Assembly (NCBI GenBank): GCA_036381125.1
Contig: DASVDK010000198.1
Location: forward strand, 1-37,671
From: Thermodesulfobacteriota bacterium
GTDB taxonomy: Bacteria > DASVDK01
DNA: 37,671 bases
Direction of reading: 5' to 3'
This document shows positions 1-8,520 of the stretch, in pieces (position 1 is the first letter of the stretch; each line of letters starts with the position of its first letter). The translations under genes were made by a program, and so were the position numbers. Below the pieces are notes generated by a model. That model saw only the letters and a list, made by a program, of their open reading frames with translations, made no database searches and was not told where the DNA came from.

Positions 1-93
1 CCGCCCGCCGCGGCCGGGCGCGCGAGATTTTCTCAAGCAAGGCAAGGGGACCGCTCATCGAGCGTCGGCGCTCCGACCGGCAATCATGGCCCC

Positions 94-122
94 ATTACAC
101 GGAATGCCGCGCGCGTTGACAA
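94..122 (-). promoter_or_regulatory. Putative sigma70 promoter pointing left (divergent from the LysR gene)
   Basis: Minus strand reads TTGTCA (122-117), 17 nt, TGTAAT (99-94), in an AT-rich patch upstream of the LysR gene. Confidence 0.55.
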
Positions 123-144
123 ACGACTTTTTATCTCTGTAGAG

Positions 145-157
145 TGACGAAAAGTCA
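145..157. promoter_or_regulatory. Putative LysR-type binding site (T-N11-A)
   Basis: TGACGAAAAGTCA: TGAC/GTCA dyad fitting T-N11-A, just upstream of the LysR start codon. Confidence 0.45.
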
Positions 158-174
158 TCCAGCGAGGCAGTCGC

Positions 175-1110
175 ATGCAGCGCCTCCCTCCGCTCAACGC
201 CGTGCGCGCCTTCGAGGCCGCGGCGCGCTACCTGAGCTTCAAGCAAGCCGGCGAGGAGCTCTGCGTCACCCCCGGTGCGGTGAGCCGCCACATCGCGCAC
301 CTCGAGGCGTTCCTCGGCACGCGGCTCTTCGTGCGCCGGCATCGGCGCGTCGCCCTCACGAGGGCCGGGGAAACCTATCTGCGGGACGTCCGCGACGGGC
401 TCGAGCGGATCGCCCGCGCCACGGCGGCCATCGGCTCGCGCCGGACCGACACCGTCCTCGGGCTCAAGCTGCCGCCGACCTTCACGATCCGCTGGCTCGT
501 GCCGAGGCTCGGTCGGTTCCACGCCCGGCACCCGGAGATCTCCGTCCAGGTGACGACGTCGCACGACCCGGTCGACTTCGACAACGAGGAGGTCGACGCG
601 GCCGTCTGCTACGCGCGCGAGCTCGGCGGGGAGTTCCTGGGGGAGCGCCTGTTCGACGAGGCGTTGATCCCGGTCTGCCATCCCGACCTGAGGGCCGGCG
701 GCCGGTCGCTCTCACCCCGCGAGCTTGCCGGCATGTGCCTCCTGCACTCGACGCGCCGGCCCGACGACTGGCCCCGCTGGTTCGCGGCTGCGGGCGAGCC
801 CGGGATCGAGATCGAGCAACCGCTCGTCTTCGAGAACTCCACGATGACGTATCAGGGCGCGATGGACGGCGTCGGCGTGGCGCTCGCACACGTCGCCTTC
901 GTCACCGACGAGCTGCGCTCCGGCCGGCTCGTGAGCCCCTGCCCGATCAGGCTCGACCGCGACATCGCCTACGTCCTGAGCTACCCGAGGGAGCGGGCGC
1001 GATGTGCGCGCCTGCAGGCGTTTCACCGCTGGATCGCCGGCGAGGCCGCGGCGACCCGGCGCGAGATCGAGACCGTGGACCACGCCGGCGCCCCGCAGTG
1101 CGGCCATTGA
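175..1110 (+). CDS. LysR-family transcriptional regulator, GcvA/AmpR-like
   Basis: N-terminus RLPPLNAVRAFEAAARYLSFKQAGEELCVTPGAVSRHIAHLE is the GcvA-type HTH; WLVPRLGRF..HPEI in the substrate-binding domain; GAGG RBS upstream. Confidence 0.93.
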   Translation: MQRLPPLNAVRAFEAAARYLSFKQAGEELCVTPGAVSRHIAHLEAFLGTRLFVRRHRRVALTRAGETYLRDVRDGLERIARATAAIGSRRTDTVLGLKLPPTFTIRWLVPRLGRFHARHPEISVQVTTSHDPVDFDNEEVDAAVCYARELGGEFLGERLFDEALIPVCHPDLRAGGRSLSPRELAGMCLLHSTRRPDDWPRWFAAAGEPGIEIEQPLVFENSTMTYQGAMDGVGVALAHVAFVTDELRSGRLVSPCPIRLDRDIAYVLSYPRERARCARLQAFHRWIAGEAAATRREIETVDHAGAPQCGH

Positions 1111-1156
1111 CGCCCGCCTCCCGCCGGCTCTAGCATCCCGAACGGAGGTCCTCCCC

Positions 1157-1825
1157 ATGCGCGGTCCAGCCGCCCTCCTCACCGGCTTCGACCCCTACGG
1201 CGGCGGAACGGCCAATCCCTCGGCGCTCGTTGCGCGCACCCTCGACGGCGTCGAGATCGGCGGCGTCAGGGTCGTCGGCCGCACGCTCCCCGTCTCGCTC
1301 CGCGGCCTGCGCGCCGACGCCGAGCGGCTCCTCGAGGAGGTCCGCCCGGTCGCGGTCGTGAGCCTGGGGCTCTGGCCGGGCGAGCCGGTGATCCGGCTCG
1401 AGCGGATCGCGGTCAACGTGGCCGATTACGAGATCCCGGACAACGACGCGGCGTTCGTGACGGACGGCCAGGTGGAGGCGGGCTCGGCCGCGGCGCTCCG
1501 CTCGCGCCTGCCGCTGCGCGCGATCGAGGCGAGGCTCCTCCGGGCCGGGATCCCGGCGCGCGTCTCGAACACGGCCGGCACCTTCCTCTGCAACGCGACG
1601 ATGTACACGTTCCTCCGGCTCACGGGCGAGGCGCCGAGCGGCTTCGTGCACCTGCCGTACCTGCCGGAGCAGGTGGCGGCGCTCCTCGAAGCCCTCAAGG
1701 CCGAGCGGCGGCTCGAGCTGCACCAGCGGGCGGACCTCGCCTCGATGAGCCTCGACACGATGGTCGAGGCGGTCCGCGTCGTCCTCGCGACCACCCTCGA
1801 GACCGCCGGCGCCGCGACGCGCTGA
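1157..1825 (+). CDS. pcp: Pyroglutamyl-peptidase I (peptidase C15)
   Basis: LLTGFDPYGG..NPS; catalytic Glu (IRLERIAVN), Cys (AGTFLCN) and His (GFVHLPY); GGAGG upstream of ATG 1157. Confidence 0.92.
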   Translation: MRGPAALLTGFDPYGGGTANPSALVARTLDGVEIGGVRVVGRTLPVSLRGLRADAERLLEEVRPVAVVSLGLWPGEPVIRLERIAVNVADYEIPDNDAAFVTDGQVEAGSAAALRSRLPLRAIEARLLRAGIPARVSNTAGTFLCNATMYTFLRLTGEAPSGFVHLPYLPEQVAALLEALKAERRLELHQRADLASMSLDTMVEAVRVVLATTLETAGAATR

Positions 1826-1835
1826 TCCCGCCCGG

Positions 1836-2903
1836 ATGCCGGCCCCGATCCTCCGCCTGGAGCAGGTGACGAAGCGCTTCGGCGACCACGTGGCCGTCGA
1901 CCGGCTCGACCTCGCCGTCGACCGCGGCGAGTTCTTCACGTTCCTCGGCTCGAGCGGCTCGGGGAAGTCGACGGTGCTCCGCATCGTGGCGGGGCTCGAG
2001 CAGCCGGACGGCGGCCGGGTGCTGATCGACAGCAAGGACATGGCCGGGGTGCCGCCCTGGCGGCGGCACGTGGGGATGGTCTTCCAGCAGTACGCCGTCT
2101 TCCCGCACATGAACGTGGCGGCGAACGTGGCGTACGGCCTCGGCGTACAGGGGAAGCCGCGCGCGGAGATCGAGGCGCGGGTCGCCTCGCTCCTGGCCCT
2201 GGTCGGCCTGTCGGGCAAGGAGAGGCGGGACGTGACGCGCCTGTCGGGCGGCGAGCAGCAGCGCGTCGCGCTGGCCCGCGCGCTGGCGCCGGCCCCCTCG
2301 CTCCTCCTCCTCGACGAGCCGCTCGGGGCGCTCGACGAGAAGATCCGCCGCGAGATGCAGGCGGAGCTCAAGCGGATCCAGCGGACGACCGGGATGACCT
2401 TCGTCTACGTGACGCACGACCAGGAGGAGGCGCTCACGATGAGCGACCGGGTGGCGGTGATGCACCTGGGGAGCTGTCTCCAGGTCGACGCGCCGGAGAC
2501 CCTCTTCCGGCGGCCGCGCACCCGCTTCACGGCGAGCTTCTTCCGCGGGTCGAACGTCGTCGAGGCCGACCTCCTCGAGGCGCGGCCGGACGCCCTGGTC
2601 CTCCGCCTGGCCGGCGCGACGCTCGTCGTCCCCACGAACGGCCGTTGCGTGGCCGGCCCGCGCGTGCCGGTGTCGGTCAGGGCCGAGAGCCTGCACCTCG
2701 ACGGCGCCGCGGCGAGCCGCGGCGTCCGCCTGGAGGCGACGCTCGCCGAGGTCGTCTACCGCGGCACGAACGTCGACCACGTCCTCGAGACCGCCGACGG
2801 CCAGCGACTGACCGCCACCTCCACCAGGCGCGAGGTCGACGGCGTCGGCCGCCGCGTGACGGTCGGCTTCGACTCCACCGACGTGGTGGTCCTGGAGGAC
2901 TGA
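1836..2903 (+). CDS. ABC transporter ATP-binding protein, PotA-like
   Basis: Walker A GSSGSGKS, LSGGEQQR signature, LLLDEP Walker B, VTHDQEEA, C-terminal TOBE-like region. Confidence 0.93.
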   Translation: MPAPILRLEQVTKRFGDHVAVDRLDLAVDRGEFFTFLGSSGSGKSTVLRIVAGLEQPDGGRVLIDSKDMAGVPPWRRHVGMVFQQYAVFPHMNVAANVAYGLGVQGKPRAEIEARVASLLALVGLSGKERRDVTRLSGGEQQRVALARALAPAPSLLLLDEPLGALDEKIRREMQAELKRIQRTTGMTFVYVTHDQEEALTMSDRVAVMHLGSCLQVDAPETLFRRPRTRFTASFFRGSNVVEADLLEARPDALVLRLAGATLVVPTNGRCVAGPRVPVSVRAESLHLDGAAASRGVRLEATLAEVVYRGTNVDHVLETADGQRLTATSTRREVDGVGRRVTVGFDSTDVVVLED

Positions 2904-2930
2904 CCGCTCGGCCTGTCGACTCCTCTGCGG

Positions 2931-3383
2931 TCAGCCCTCCGGCGACTTCCCGGCAAACGGGTCGCGAACGTCGAGGAACGGGAACCTCCTGAAGTCGGCG
3001 TCGCGAGTGTAGAGGACTCGCACACCGTGCTGACGGAGGATCGTGGCGATGTGCGCATCGGGCACGAGGTTGCCTCTGGCGGGGAGGGCGCCGGTCACCT
3101 CGCGATACACGTGGAGGAAGCCATCGCCCTCGGAGAGGAACCGGACGTTGGGGAACCGGGCGAGCATCTCGACGTTGGCCAGGGCCTCTGCCGGCGACAG
3201 TGGCGCCGTGAAGATACGGGGGTGCGTGGCAATCCGGACATACGACATGATGACCGGCCAGGGGAGATAGAAGAGTTCACGCGAAGTGCACCGCTCCTCG
3301 AGAAATCGCCTCGCTCCGGCGTGGAACGGGCTCGCGTCGTCGGAGGCGTACAGGAGGACGTTGACGTCGACCGAGCAGCTCAT
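2931..3383 (-). CDS. vapC: VapC-family PIN-domain ribonuclease toxin
   Basis: MSCSVDVNVLLYA...GNLVPDAHIA...LYTRDADFRRF with the PIN acidic residues; start overlaps the antitoxin stop. Confidence 0.9.
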   Translation of the reverse strand: MSCSVDVNVLLYASDDASPFHAGARRFLEERCTSRELFYLPWPVIMSYVRIATHPRIFTAPLSPAEALANVEMLARFPNVRFLSEGDGFLHVYREVTGALPARGNLVPDAHIATILRQHGVRVLYTRDADFRRFPFLDVRDPFAGKSPEG

Positions 3384-3634
3384 CCGTCCCGGTGCTCGTC
3401 GGCGTCGAGGATCGCGTAGACGGCTTCCTTGTCCGAGAGGTCGACCCGGGGCCTCATGGCCCGAGACACCCATCGGAACGAGGGGCGCGAGCCGGAGCGG
3501 CGGGCACGACGATTGGCGAGGGCCTCCGCGAGGAGTTCGGAAACGACCGCACCGAGCGACTTTCGCTCGGCCTTCTGGATGGCCCGCAACTCCTCCAGGA
3601 CCGGCGACTCGATATCCAGCGTCGTGCGACTCAT
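3380..3634 (-). CDS. vapB: VapB-type antitoxin (RHH/CopG-like N-terminus)
   Basis: MSRTTLDIESPVLEELR...SLGAVVSELL...VDLSDKEAVYAILD; small gene directly upstream of and overlapping the PIN toxin; start set at ATG 3634 from promoter position. Confidence 0.85.
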   Translation of the reverse strand: MSRTTLDIESPVLEELRAIQKAERKSLGAVVSELLAEALANRRARRSGSRPSFRWVSRAMRPRVDLSDKEAVYAILDADEHRDG

Positions 3635-3642
3635 GATGCGTG

Positions 3643-3671
3643 ATGCTACTGCGTATCGCATCTGATGTCAA
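3643..3671 (-). promoter_or_regulatory. sigma70 promoter of vapBC with overlapping dyad operator
   Basis: Minus strand TTGACA (3671-3666), 17 nt, TAGCAT (3648-3643); CATCTGATG dyad at 3659-3667. Confidence 0.7.
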
Positions 3672-3739
3672 ACGTCCTCGCCGCTCGGCACTCTGCGGGC
3701 CGGCGTCGGGGCCGACCAGGCTCCTGCGAGGACTGGCCC

Positions 3740-4489
3740 TCAGCCCGTGACCACCCGTCCCCTGCGCCCCTTGCCGACGAGCAGCACAGCCACGAGCGCC
3801 AGCGTGAGCCCGATGAGGAGGCTCATGAGGGCGTGGAGGGACGGTGAGAGGCCGACCTGCAGGTAGGTCGTCCAGATGTAGGTCTGCACCGTGTTGAGCG
3901 GTCCCTGCACGAGCGAGGTCCGGATCGTCTCGTTGAGCGACACGATGGCCGACAGGCTCGCCGCGCCGAGGAGGCCGGGTCGGATCAGCGGCAGCTCGAC
4001 GTCGAGGAAGGCGCGCAGGCGCGGGGCGCCGAGCACGTACGCGGCCTCCAGGTAGACGGGGTCGAACGTCGCCATGGCGGCGAGGACGACGAGGAAGGCG
4101 AACGGGAGGGTCCACATCACGTGGACGAGGAGGATCGTCCGGAGGGACGGCGTCACCCCGAGGAGCTTGAGGAACACCGCCGTCGCGAGCCCCATGCTGA
4201 CGCCCGGCACGAAGAGCGGCAGCAGGAGGACCAGGAGGACGAGCCGCGGCACGCGCAGCTCGCGGACCGCCATGGCGCCGAGAAGGGCAAGCGGCGGCGT
4301 GACGAGGGCGGTCAGGGCGGCGAGGAGGAGCGAGTTCCGGACGGCGTCCACGAGGATCGGGTTCTGCCGGATGCCGGCGTACCCGCCGGCGCCGAAGAGG
4401 ACGGGCGGGACGAGCGGCAGGTAGAGGAACGCCAGCACGAGCCCGATCCCGGTGAGCATGGCCGCCCGCGCGGCCGGCCGCGCCTTCAC
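3740..4489 (-). CDS. ABC transporter permease, PotC-like
   Basis: Multiple hydrophobic helices; EAA loop YLEAAYVLGAPRLRAFLDVELPLIRPG. Confidence 0.88.
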   Translation of the reverse strand: MKARPAARAAMLTGIGLVLAFLYLPLVPPVLFGAGGYAGIRQNPILVDAVRNSLLLAALTALVTPPLALLGAMAVRELRVPRLVLLVLLLPLFVPGVSMGLATAVFLKLLGVTPSLRTILLVHVMWTLPFAFLVVLAAMATFDPVYLEAAYVLGAPRLRAFLDVELPLIRPGLLGAASLSAIVSLNETIRTSLVQGPLNTVQTYIWTTYLQVGLSPSLHALMSLLIGLTLALVAVLLVGKGRRGRVVTG

Positions 4490-4490
4490 G

Positions 4491-5360
4491 TCAGAACCTC
4501 CACCGCAGGATCTTCCCGAGGAAGGTCCGGAGGTCGAAGGCGAGGTACCAGCAGGCGAGGAAGAGGAGCATCACCGCGACGACGGCGGTCGACATGGCGG
4601 CGGCGATGGGGTAGTTGAGCACGTCGAGGGCGCTCGTGATGGCGTTGCCCATGAGCTGGTAGCCGACGCCGCCGAGGATGATCGGCACGGCGCTCTCGCC
4701 GAAGCTGCCGACGAAGCCGAAGACGACGGCGGCGAAGACGCCGGGGATGGAGAGCGGAACGGTGACGCGCCAGAAGGTCCGCCAGGGGCCGGCGCCGAGG
4801 AGCCAGCTCGCCTCGACGAGCCTTTGCTCGATGCCCGAGAGCGAGATCCAGAGCGGGAAGACCATGAGCGGCATGTAGGAGGTGACCAGGCCGACGTAGA
4901 CGGCGAAGTCGCTGAAGAGGAGCCAGTCGAGCGGCTGGTCGGCGAGCCCCGTGCCGACGACGAGCGAGTTCACGGGCCCGGTGCGGCCGAGGAGCCAGGT
5001 CCAGGCGAAGGTCCGGATGATGTAGTTCACGAGGAAGGGGATCGTGAAGAGGAGCAGCACCGTCCGGGTGGCCGCGGCCGAGAGGTGCCGCGCGAGCGCG
5101 TAGGCGATCGGGTAGGCGATCGAAAGGCCGATCGCGGTCGCGACAGCGGCGGCCTGGAGGCTGCGGCCGAGGACGGCCAGCCGGGCGCCCGAGACGAACT
5201 GCTCGTAGGCGGCGAGCGAGAGGGCCGGCTTCACCCAGAAGCCGGCCCGCTGCCAGAGGCTCACGGCCACCGTGAGCGCGAGCGGCGCGATCAGGAAGAC
5301 GACGACGAACGCGACCGGCAGGAGGAGGAGCGCGCGCCGCCCCGGGACGAAGCGCCGCAC
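4491..5360 (-). CDS. ABC transporter permease, PotB-like
   Basis: AYPIAY, IPFLVNYIIRTFAW, EAA loop LVEASWLLGAGPWRTFWRVTVPLSIPG; GTG start just after the binding-protein stop. Confidence 0.88.
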   Translation of the reverse strand: MRRFVPGRRALLLLPVAFVVVFLIAPLALTVAVSLWQRAGFWVKPALSLAAYEQFVSGARLAVLGRSLQAAAVATAIGLSIAYPIAYALARHLSAAATRTVLLLFTIPFLVNYIIRTFAWTWLLGRTGPVNSLVVGTGLADQPLDWLLFSDFAVYVGLVTSYMPLMVFPLWISLSGIEQRLVEASWLLGAGPWRTFWRVTVPLSIPGVFAAVVFGFVGSFGESAVPIILGGVGYQLMGNAITSALDVLNYPIAAAMSTAVVAVMLLFLACWYLAFDLRTFLGKILRWRF

Positions 5361-5365
5361 GCGCG

Positions 5366-6547
5366 CTAACGGGCCGCCTTGAACCTGGCCCACTCCGACT
5401 CGTACGTCTCTACGTGGGTCGGCCAGCGGTTCTGCCAGGTGCCTCCCTTCTCGAATTTCCGCTTCACGTTGGCGTCGATGTCGGCGACCTTCTTCGCCTC
5501 GTCGGCCGTGAACTCCTGCGGGTGCGCCTTCGCGTAGGCCGGCGCCTGCGGGTTCGTCATGTAGCCGCGCAGGAGGGCGATCTTCGCCCCGTACCAGCCG
5601 CCGAGCATGAAGTCGAGGAGCCTGTAGGTCACGTCGAGCCGCTCCTTCGGCCGCTGCGGGTTCTTCGGGATGTAGGCGGCCATGGCCCAGAGCAGGAAGC
5701 CCTCCTTCGGGTTCGCGTAGGCGGCATCGACTCCCTTGCGCTGCGCCGCGAAGACCATCGGCTCCCAGGCGTCCAGGACGTAGACCTCCTTGTTGACCAG
5801 GAGGTTCACCGCCTGCTCGAAGGAGGACCAGATCACCCGGAACTGCCCGGCCCGCTTCTTCTCGATGAGGAAGTCGACGACGGTCTTGATCTCGGCCGGC
5901 GTCATGTCGGCGGGGTCCTTGATGCTGGCTAGCCCCGCCTGCTTCATGTACAGGGCGGTCTTCTGCCCGGTGGTGGTGAAGTTGTCCTCGAGGGCGACAT
6001 AGCCCTTCCACTTCGGGTCGAAGAGGGCGGCGTAGGAGTCGAGGGGCCCGGTGACGTCCGGCAGGTAGGCGAAGGAGTCCCCCTGGAGCACGGTCGGGAC
6101 GCCGTAGACCTTCCCCTCGTAGCCGATGAACTCGAAGCCGGGCTTGCCCTGGGCGAGGAACTGCTGGATGTAGCTGTTCTTCGCCCAGTTGGGCATGCGC
6201 GACGTATCGATCGGCTCGATGAGGTCGTTCTCGACGAGCGGCTTCTGCATGCCGCCCACGATGTTGGCGATGTCGTAGACCCTCGCCCCGCCGCCGGCGA
6301 CGAGGACGTTCAGCACGGTGGACGGCGCGTTGCCGATCGCGACCAGGTTCACCTTCCAGCCGGTCGCGTTCGTGAAGCGCGACCAGTCGCCGTCGGGATC
6401 GCCGACGCCGATGTCGGCCAGCGTCACCGTGCCCCCGGCGGCCGCGAGCGCCGCGGGAAGGCGGCCGCTCAGGGCCCCGCCCGCGGCAAGCCCCGTCGCG
6501 GCCGTGTACTTCAGGAAGTCTCGACGACTCGAACCGGTGCGCGTCAT
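5366..6547 (-). CDS. ABC transporter substrate-binding protein, PotD/PotF-like, with Tat signal
   Basis: SRRDFLK twin-arginine signal; DSYAALFDPKWKGYVAL and YANPKEGFLLW motifs; GGAGG RBS. Confidence 0.88.
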   Translation of the reverse strand: MTRTGSSRRDFLKYTAATGLAAGGALSGRLPAALAAAGGTVTLADIGVGDPDGDWSRFTNATGWKVNLVAIGNAPSTVLNVLVAGGGARVYDIANIVGGMQKPLVENDLIEPIDTSRMPNWAKNSYIQQFLAQGKPGFEFIGYEGKVYGVPTVLQGDSFAYLPDVTGPLDSYAALFDPKWKGYVALEDNFTTTGQKTALYMKQAGLASIKDPADMTPAEIKTVVDFLIEKKRAGQFRVIWSSFEQAVNLLVNKEVYVLDAWEPMVFAAQRKGVDAAYANPKEGFLLWAMAAYIPKNPQRPKERLDVTYRLLDFMLGGWYGAKIALLRGYMTNPQAPAYAKAHPQEFTADEAKKVADIDANVKRKFEKGGTWQNRWPTHVETYESEWARFKAAR

Positions 6548-6743
6548 GGCGCGATCCTCCCCGGACTGCCTCACCAGGACTATACGCCGTTGCGGGGCCG
6601 CCTCCCAGGGATTTGCGAGCCGGACGGCCGAGTCCAATCCGCTGCCGCTCGCGCGTCGCCGCGTGACGGGCCCTCCGGCGCCGGCCGGCGCCATGACCTT
6701 CGGGAGCGCGCCGGGACCTGCGATCGCGGGACGCCGTTTCTGC

Positions 6744-6797
6744 TTGCCTCCCTGTCGGAAACATGTATTATCTTGTATTAGCTCGTCATAACTAGTT
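6744..6797 (+). promoter_or_regulatory. AT-rich promoter/operator region upstream of the aconitase X operon
   Basis: TTGCCT (6744), 16 nt, TATTAT (6766); TGTATTA direct repeat at 6764 and 6774; AACTAGTT palindrome at 6790-6797. Confidence 0.45.
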
Positions 6798-6814
6798 CTG
6801 ATCAGGAGTGCGCC

Positions 6815-8056
6815 TTGCAACTCACCGCCCGGGAAGAACGGATGTTGTCGGGAGCCGAGGGCGAGGCCGTGCGCTGGGCGCTCGAGATGCAGGTGGCGGT
6901 CGGGAAGGTCTTCGGCGCCAGGAACATGGTACCGGTCACCTCGGCCCACATGATGGGCGACATGGAGGTGATGGGCGACCCCGGCCACGCGCTGCTCGAG
7001 CGGCTCGCCGAGGGGGGCGCCAGGACCCGCGTGCCGACCACGACGAACGCGCGCTGCGTCGACTTCGCCGCGGCGGAGCGGCTCCTGCAGCCGGCCGCCA
7101 TGGTGGCCAAGGAGGCCGAGCTGATCGGCTTCCTCCGTCGCATGGGGGTCATGATCACCGACACCTGCATCAACTACCAGACGCTCTACCAGCCCCACAT
7201 GGGCGAGCACGTGGCCTGGGGCGACACCGGCACGGTGATCTACGCCAACTCGGTCCTCGGCGCCCGCTCCAACTTCGAGAGCGGGCCGGCGGCGCTCGCG
7301 GCGGGGCTTACCGGCGTCACGCCGAACTACGGATTCCATCTCGACGAGCAGCGGCGGGGGACGGCCCTCGTCGAGGTCACGGCGACGCTCGCGGACCTGG
7401 CCGACTGGGGCGCACTCGGAGCGGCGGTCGGCCGGTGGCTCAACGACTACTGGCAGGTACCGGTCTTCGACGGGCCGAGGCGGACGCCGACGGCCGACGA
7501 GCTCAAGCACCTCGGCGCGAGCCTGGCGAGCTACGGGTCGCTGGCGATGTTCCACATGGTGGGCGTCACGCCCGAGGCGCGGACGCTCGCCGACGCGTTC
7601 GGCGGGGCGGCGCCGCGCACGCGGCTCACGATCGACGACGCGGCGATCGAGGCGGTCTACGCCTCCTACCCGCCCGATCGGGAGGAGATCGACCTCGTGG
7701 TCCTCACCGGGCCGCAGCTCTCGGTGTTCGAGCTGCGGGCGGTGGCGGAGCGGCTCGCGGGGCGCAAGGTCCATGGCAACACGCAGCTCATCGTCACGAC
7801 GAACGCCCAGAACCGCGAGGCCGCGGCGCGGCTCGGCTACGTCGGCGCCATCGAGGACGCGGGGGGCCTGGTGCTCTCGGGGGTCTGCTTCTATCTCATG
7901 GCGCCGGGCGAGATGCGGCGGCGTTTCGGCTGGCGGAACGTCCTCACCAACTCCGCCAAGCTCGCGAACATCATCGGCGGCTACCGCTACCACCCGATCC
8001 TGCGGCGGACCCCGGTCTGCATCGAGGCGGCGGTCGCCGGGAGGCTCGCGGCGTGA
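6815..8056 (+). CDS. Aconitase X catalytic (large) subunit, DUF521
   Basis: MQLTAREERMLSGAEGEA, VPTTTN, TCINYQ, YANSVLGARSN, ALAAGLTGVTPNYGFHLDE, MFHMVGVTPEA, TNSAK; TTG start behind AGGAG. Confidence 0.9.
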   Translation: MQLTAREERMLSGAEGEAVRWALEMQVAVGKVFGARNMVPVTSAHMMGDMEVMGDPGHALLERLAEGGARTRVPTTTNARCVDFAAAERLLQPAAMVAKEAELIGFLRRMGVMITDTCINYQTLYQPHMGEHVAWGDTGTVIYANSVLGARSNFESGPAALAAGLTGVTPNYGFHLDEQRRGTALVEVTATLADLADWGALGAAVGRWLNDYWQVPVFDGPRRTPTADELKHLGASLASYGSLAMFHMVGVTPEARTLADAFGGAAPRTRLTIDDAAIEAVYASYPPDREEIDLVVLTGPQLSVFELRAVAERLAGRKVHGNTQLIVTTNAQNREAAARLGYVGAIEDAGGLVLSGVCFYLMAPGEMRRRFGWRNVLTNSAKLANIIGGYRYHPILRRTPVCIEAAVAGRLAA

Positions 8057-8520
8057 GCGGGCCCGTCCTCCGGGGGCCGGCCGGCTTCGGTCCGGTGGTG
8101 GAAGGGGAGGCGCTGGTGTCGGCCGACGCTTTCAGTCCCCGCTACGACCTCGATCGCGACACGGGGGTCATCTCGAGAAAGGGTCACGCGATCGAGGGGG
8201 AGTCGCTCGCGGGACGGATTCTGGTGACGCCGGCGGCCAAGGGGGGCGTGGCGGCGGGCTGGGCGCTGTACGACATGCAGGCGCGCGGGATCGCGCCGAA
8301 GGCGTTCGTCTTCCGGACGACGAACCCGGTCTTCGTGCAGGGCTGCGTGCTGGCGGGGATCGGGATCATGGACCGGCTCGAGCCGGACCCGGTGGCCACG
8401 CTGCGCACGGGCGATTGGATCCGGGTCGATCCGGAGGCAGGCACGGTGACGGTGCTGCGGCGCGCCCGCGCTCCCGTCACCCCGAACGGGAGAAGAGCCG
8501 ATGGGAGACAATCCGGGTAG
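8053..8520 (+). CDS. Aconitase X swivel (small) subunit, DUF126
   Basis: VEGEALVS...GVI..KGHAIEGESLAGRILVTPAAKGG...APKA; GTGA overlap with the large-subunit stop. Confidence 0.88.
   Translation: MSGPVLRGPAGFGPVVEGEALVSADAFSPRYDLDRDTGVISRKGHAIEGESLAGRILVTPAAKGGVAAGWALYDMQARGIAPKAFVFRTTNPVFVQGCVLAGIGIMDRLEPDPVATLRTGDWIRVDPEAGTVTVLRRARAPVTPNGRRADGRQSG

Noticed and set aside
175-1110. Naming the LysR gene gcvA and linking it to the grd cluster
   Set aside because: GcvA-like HTH regulators are a large paralogous group; the gene is about 19 kb from grd and its likely target lies left of the window
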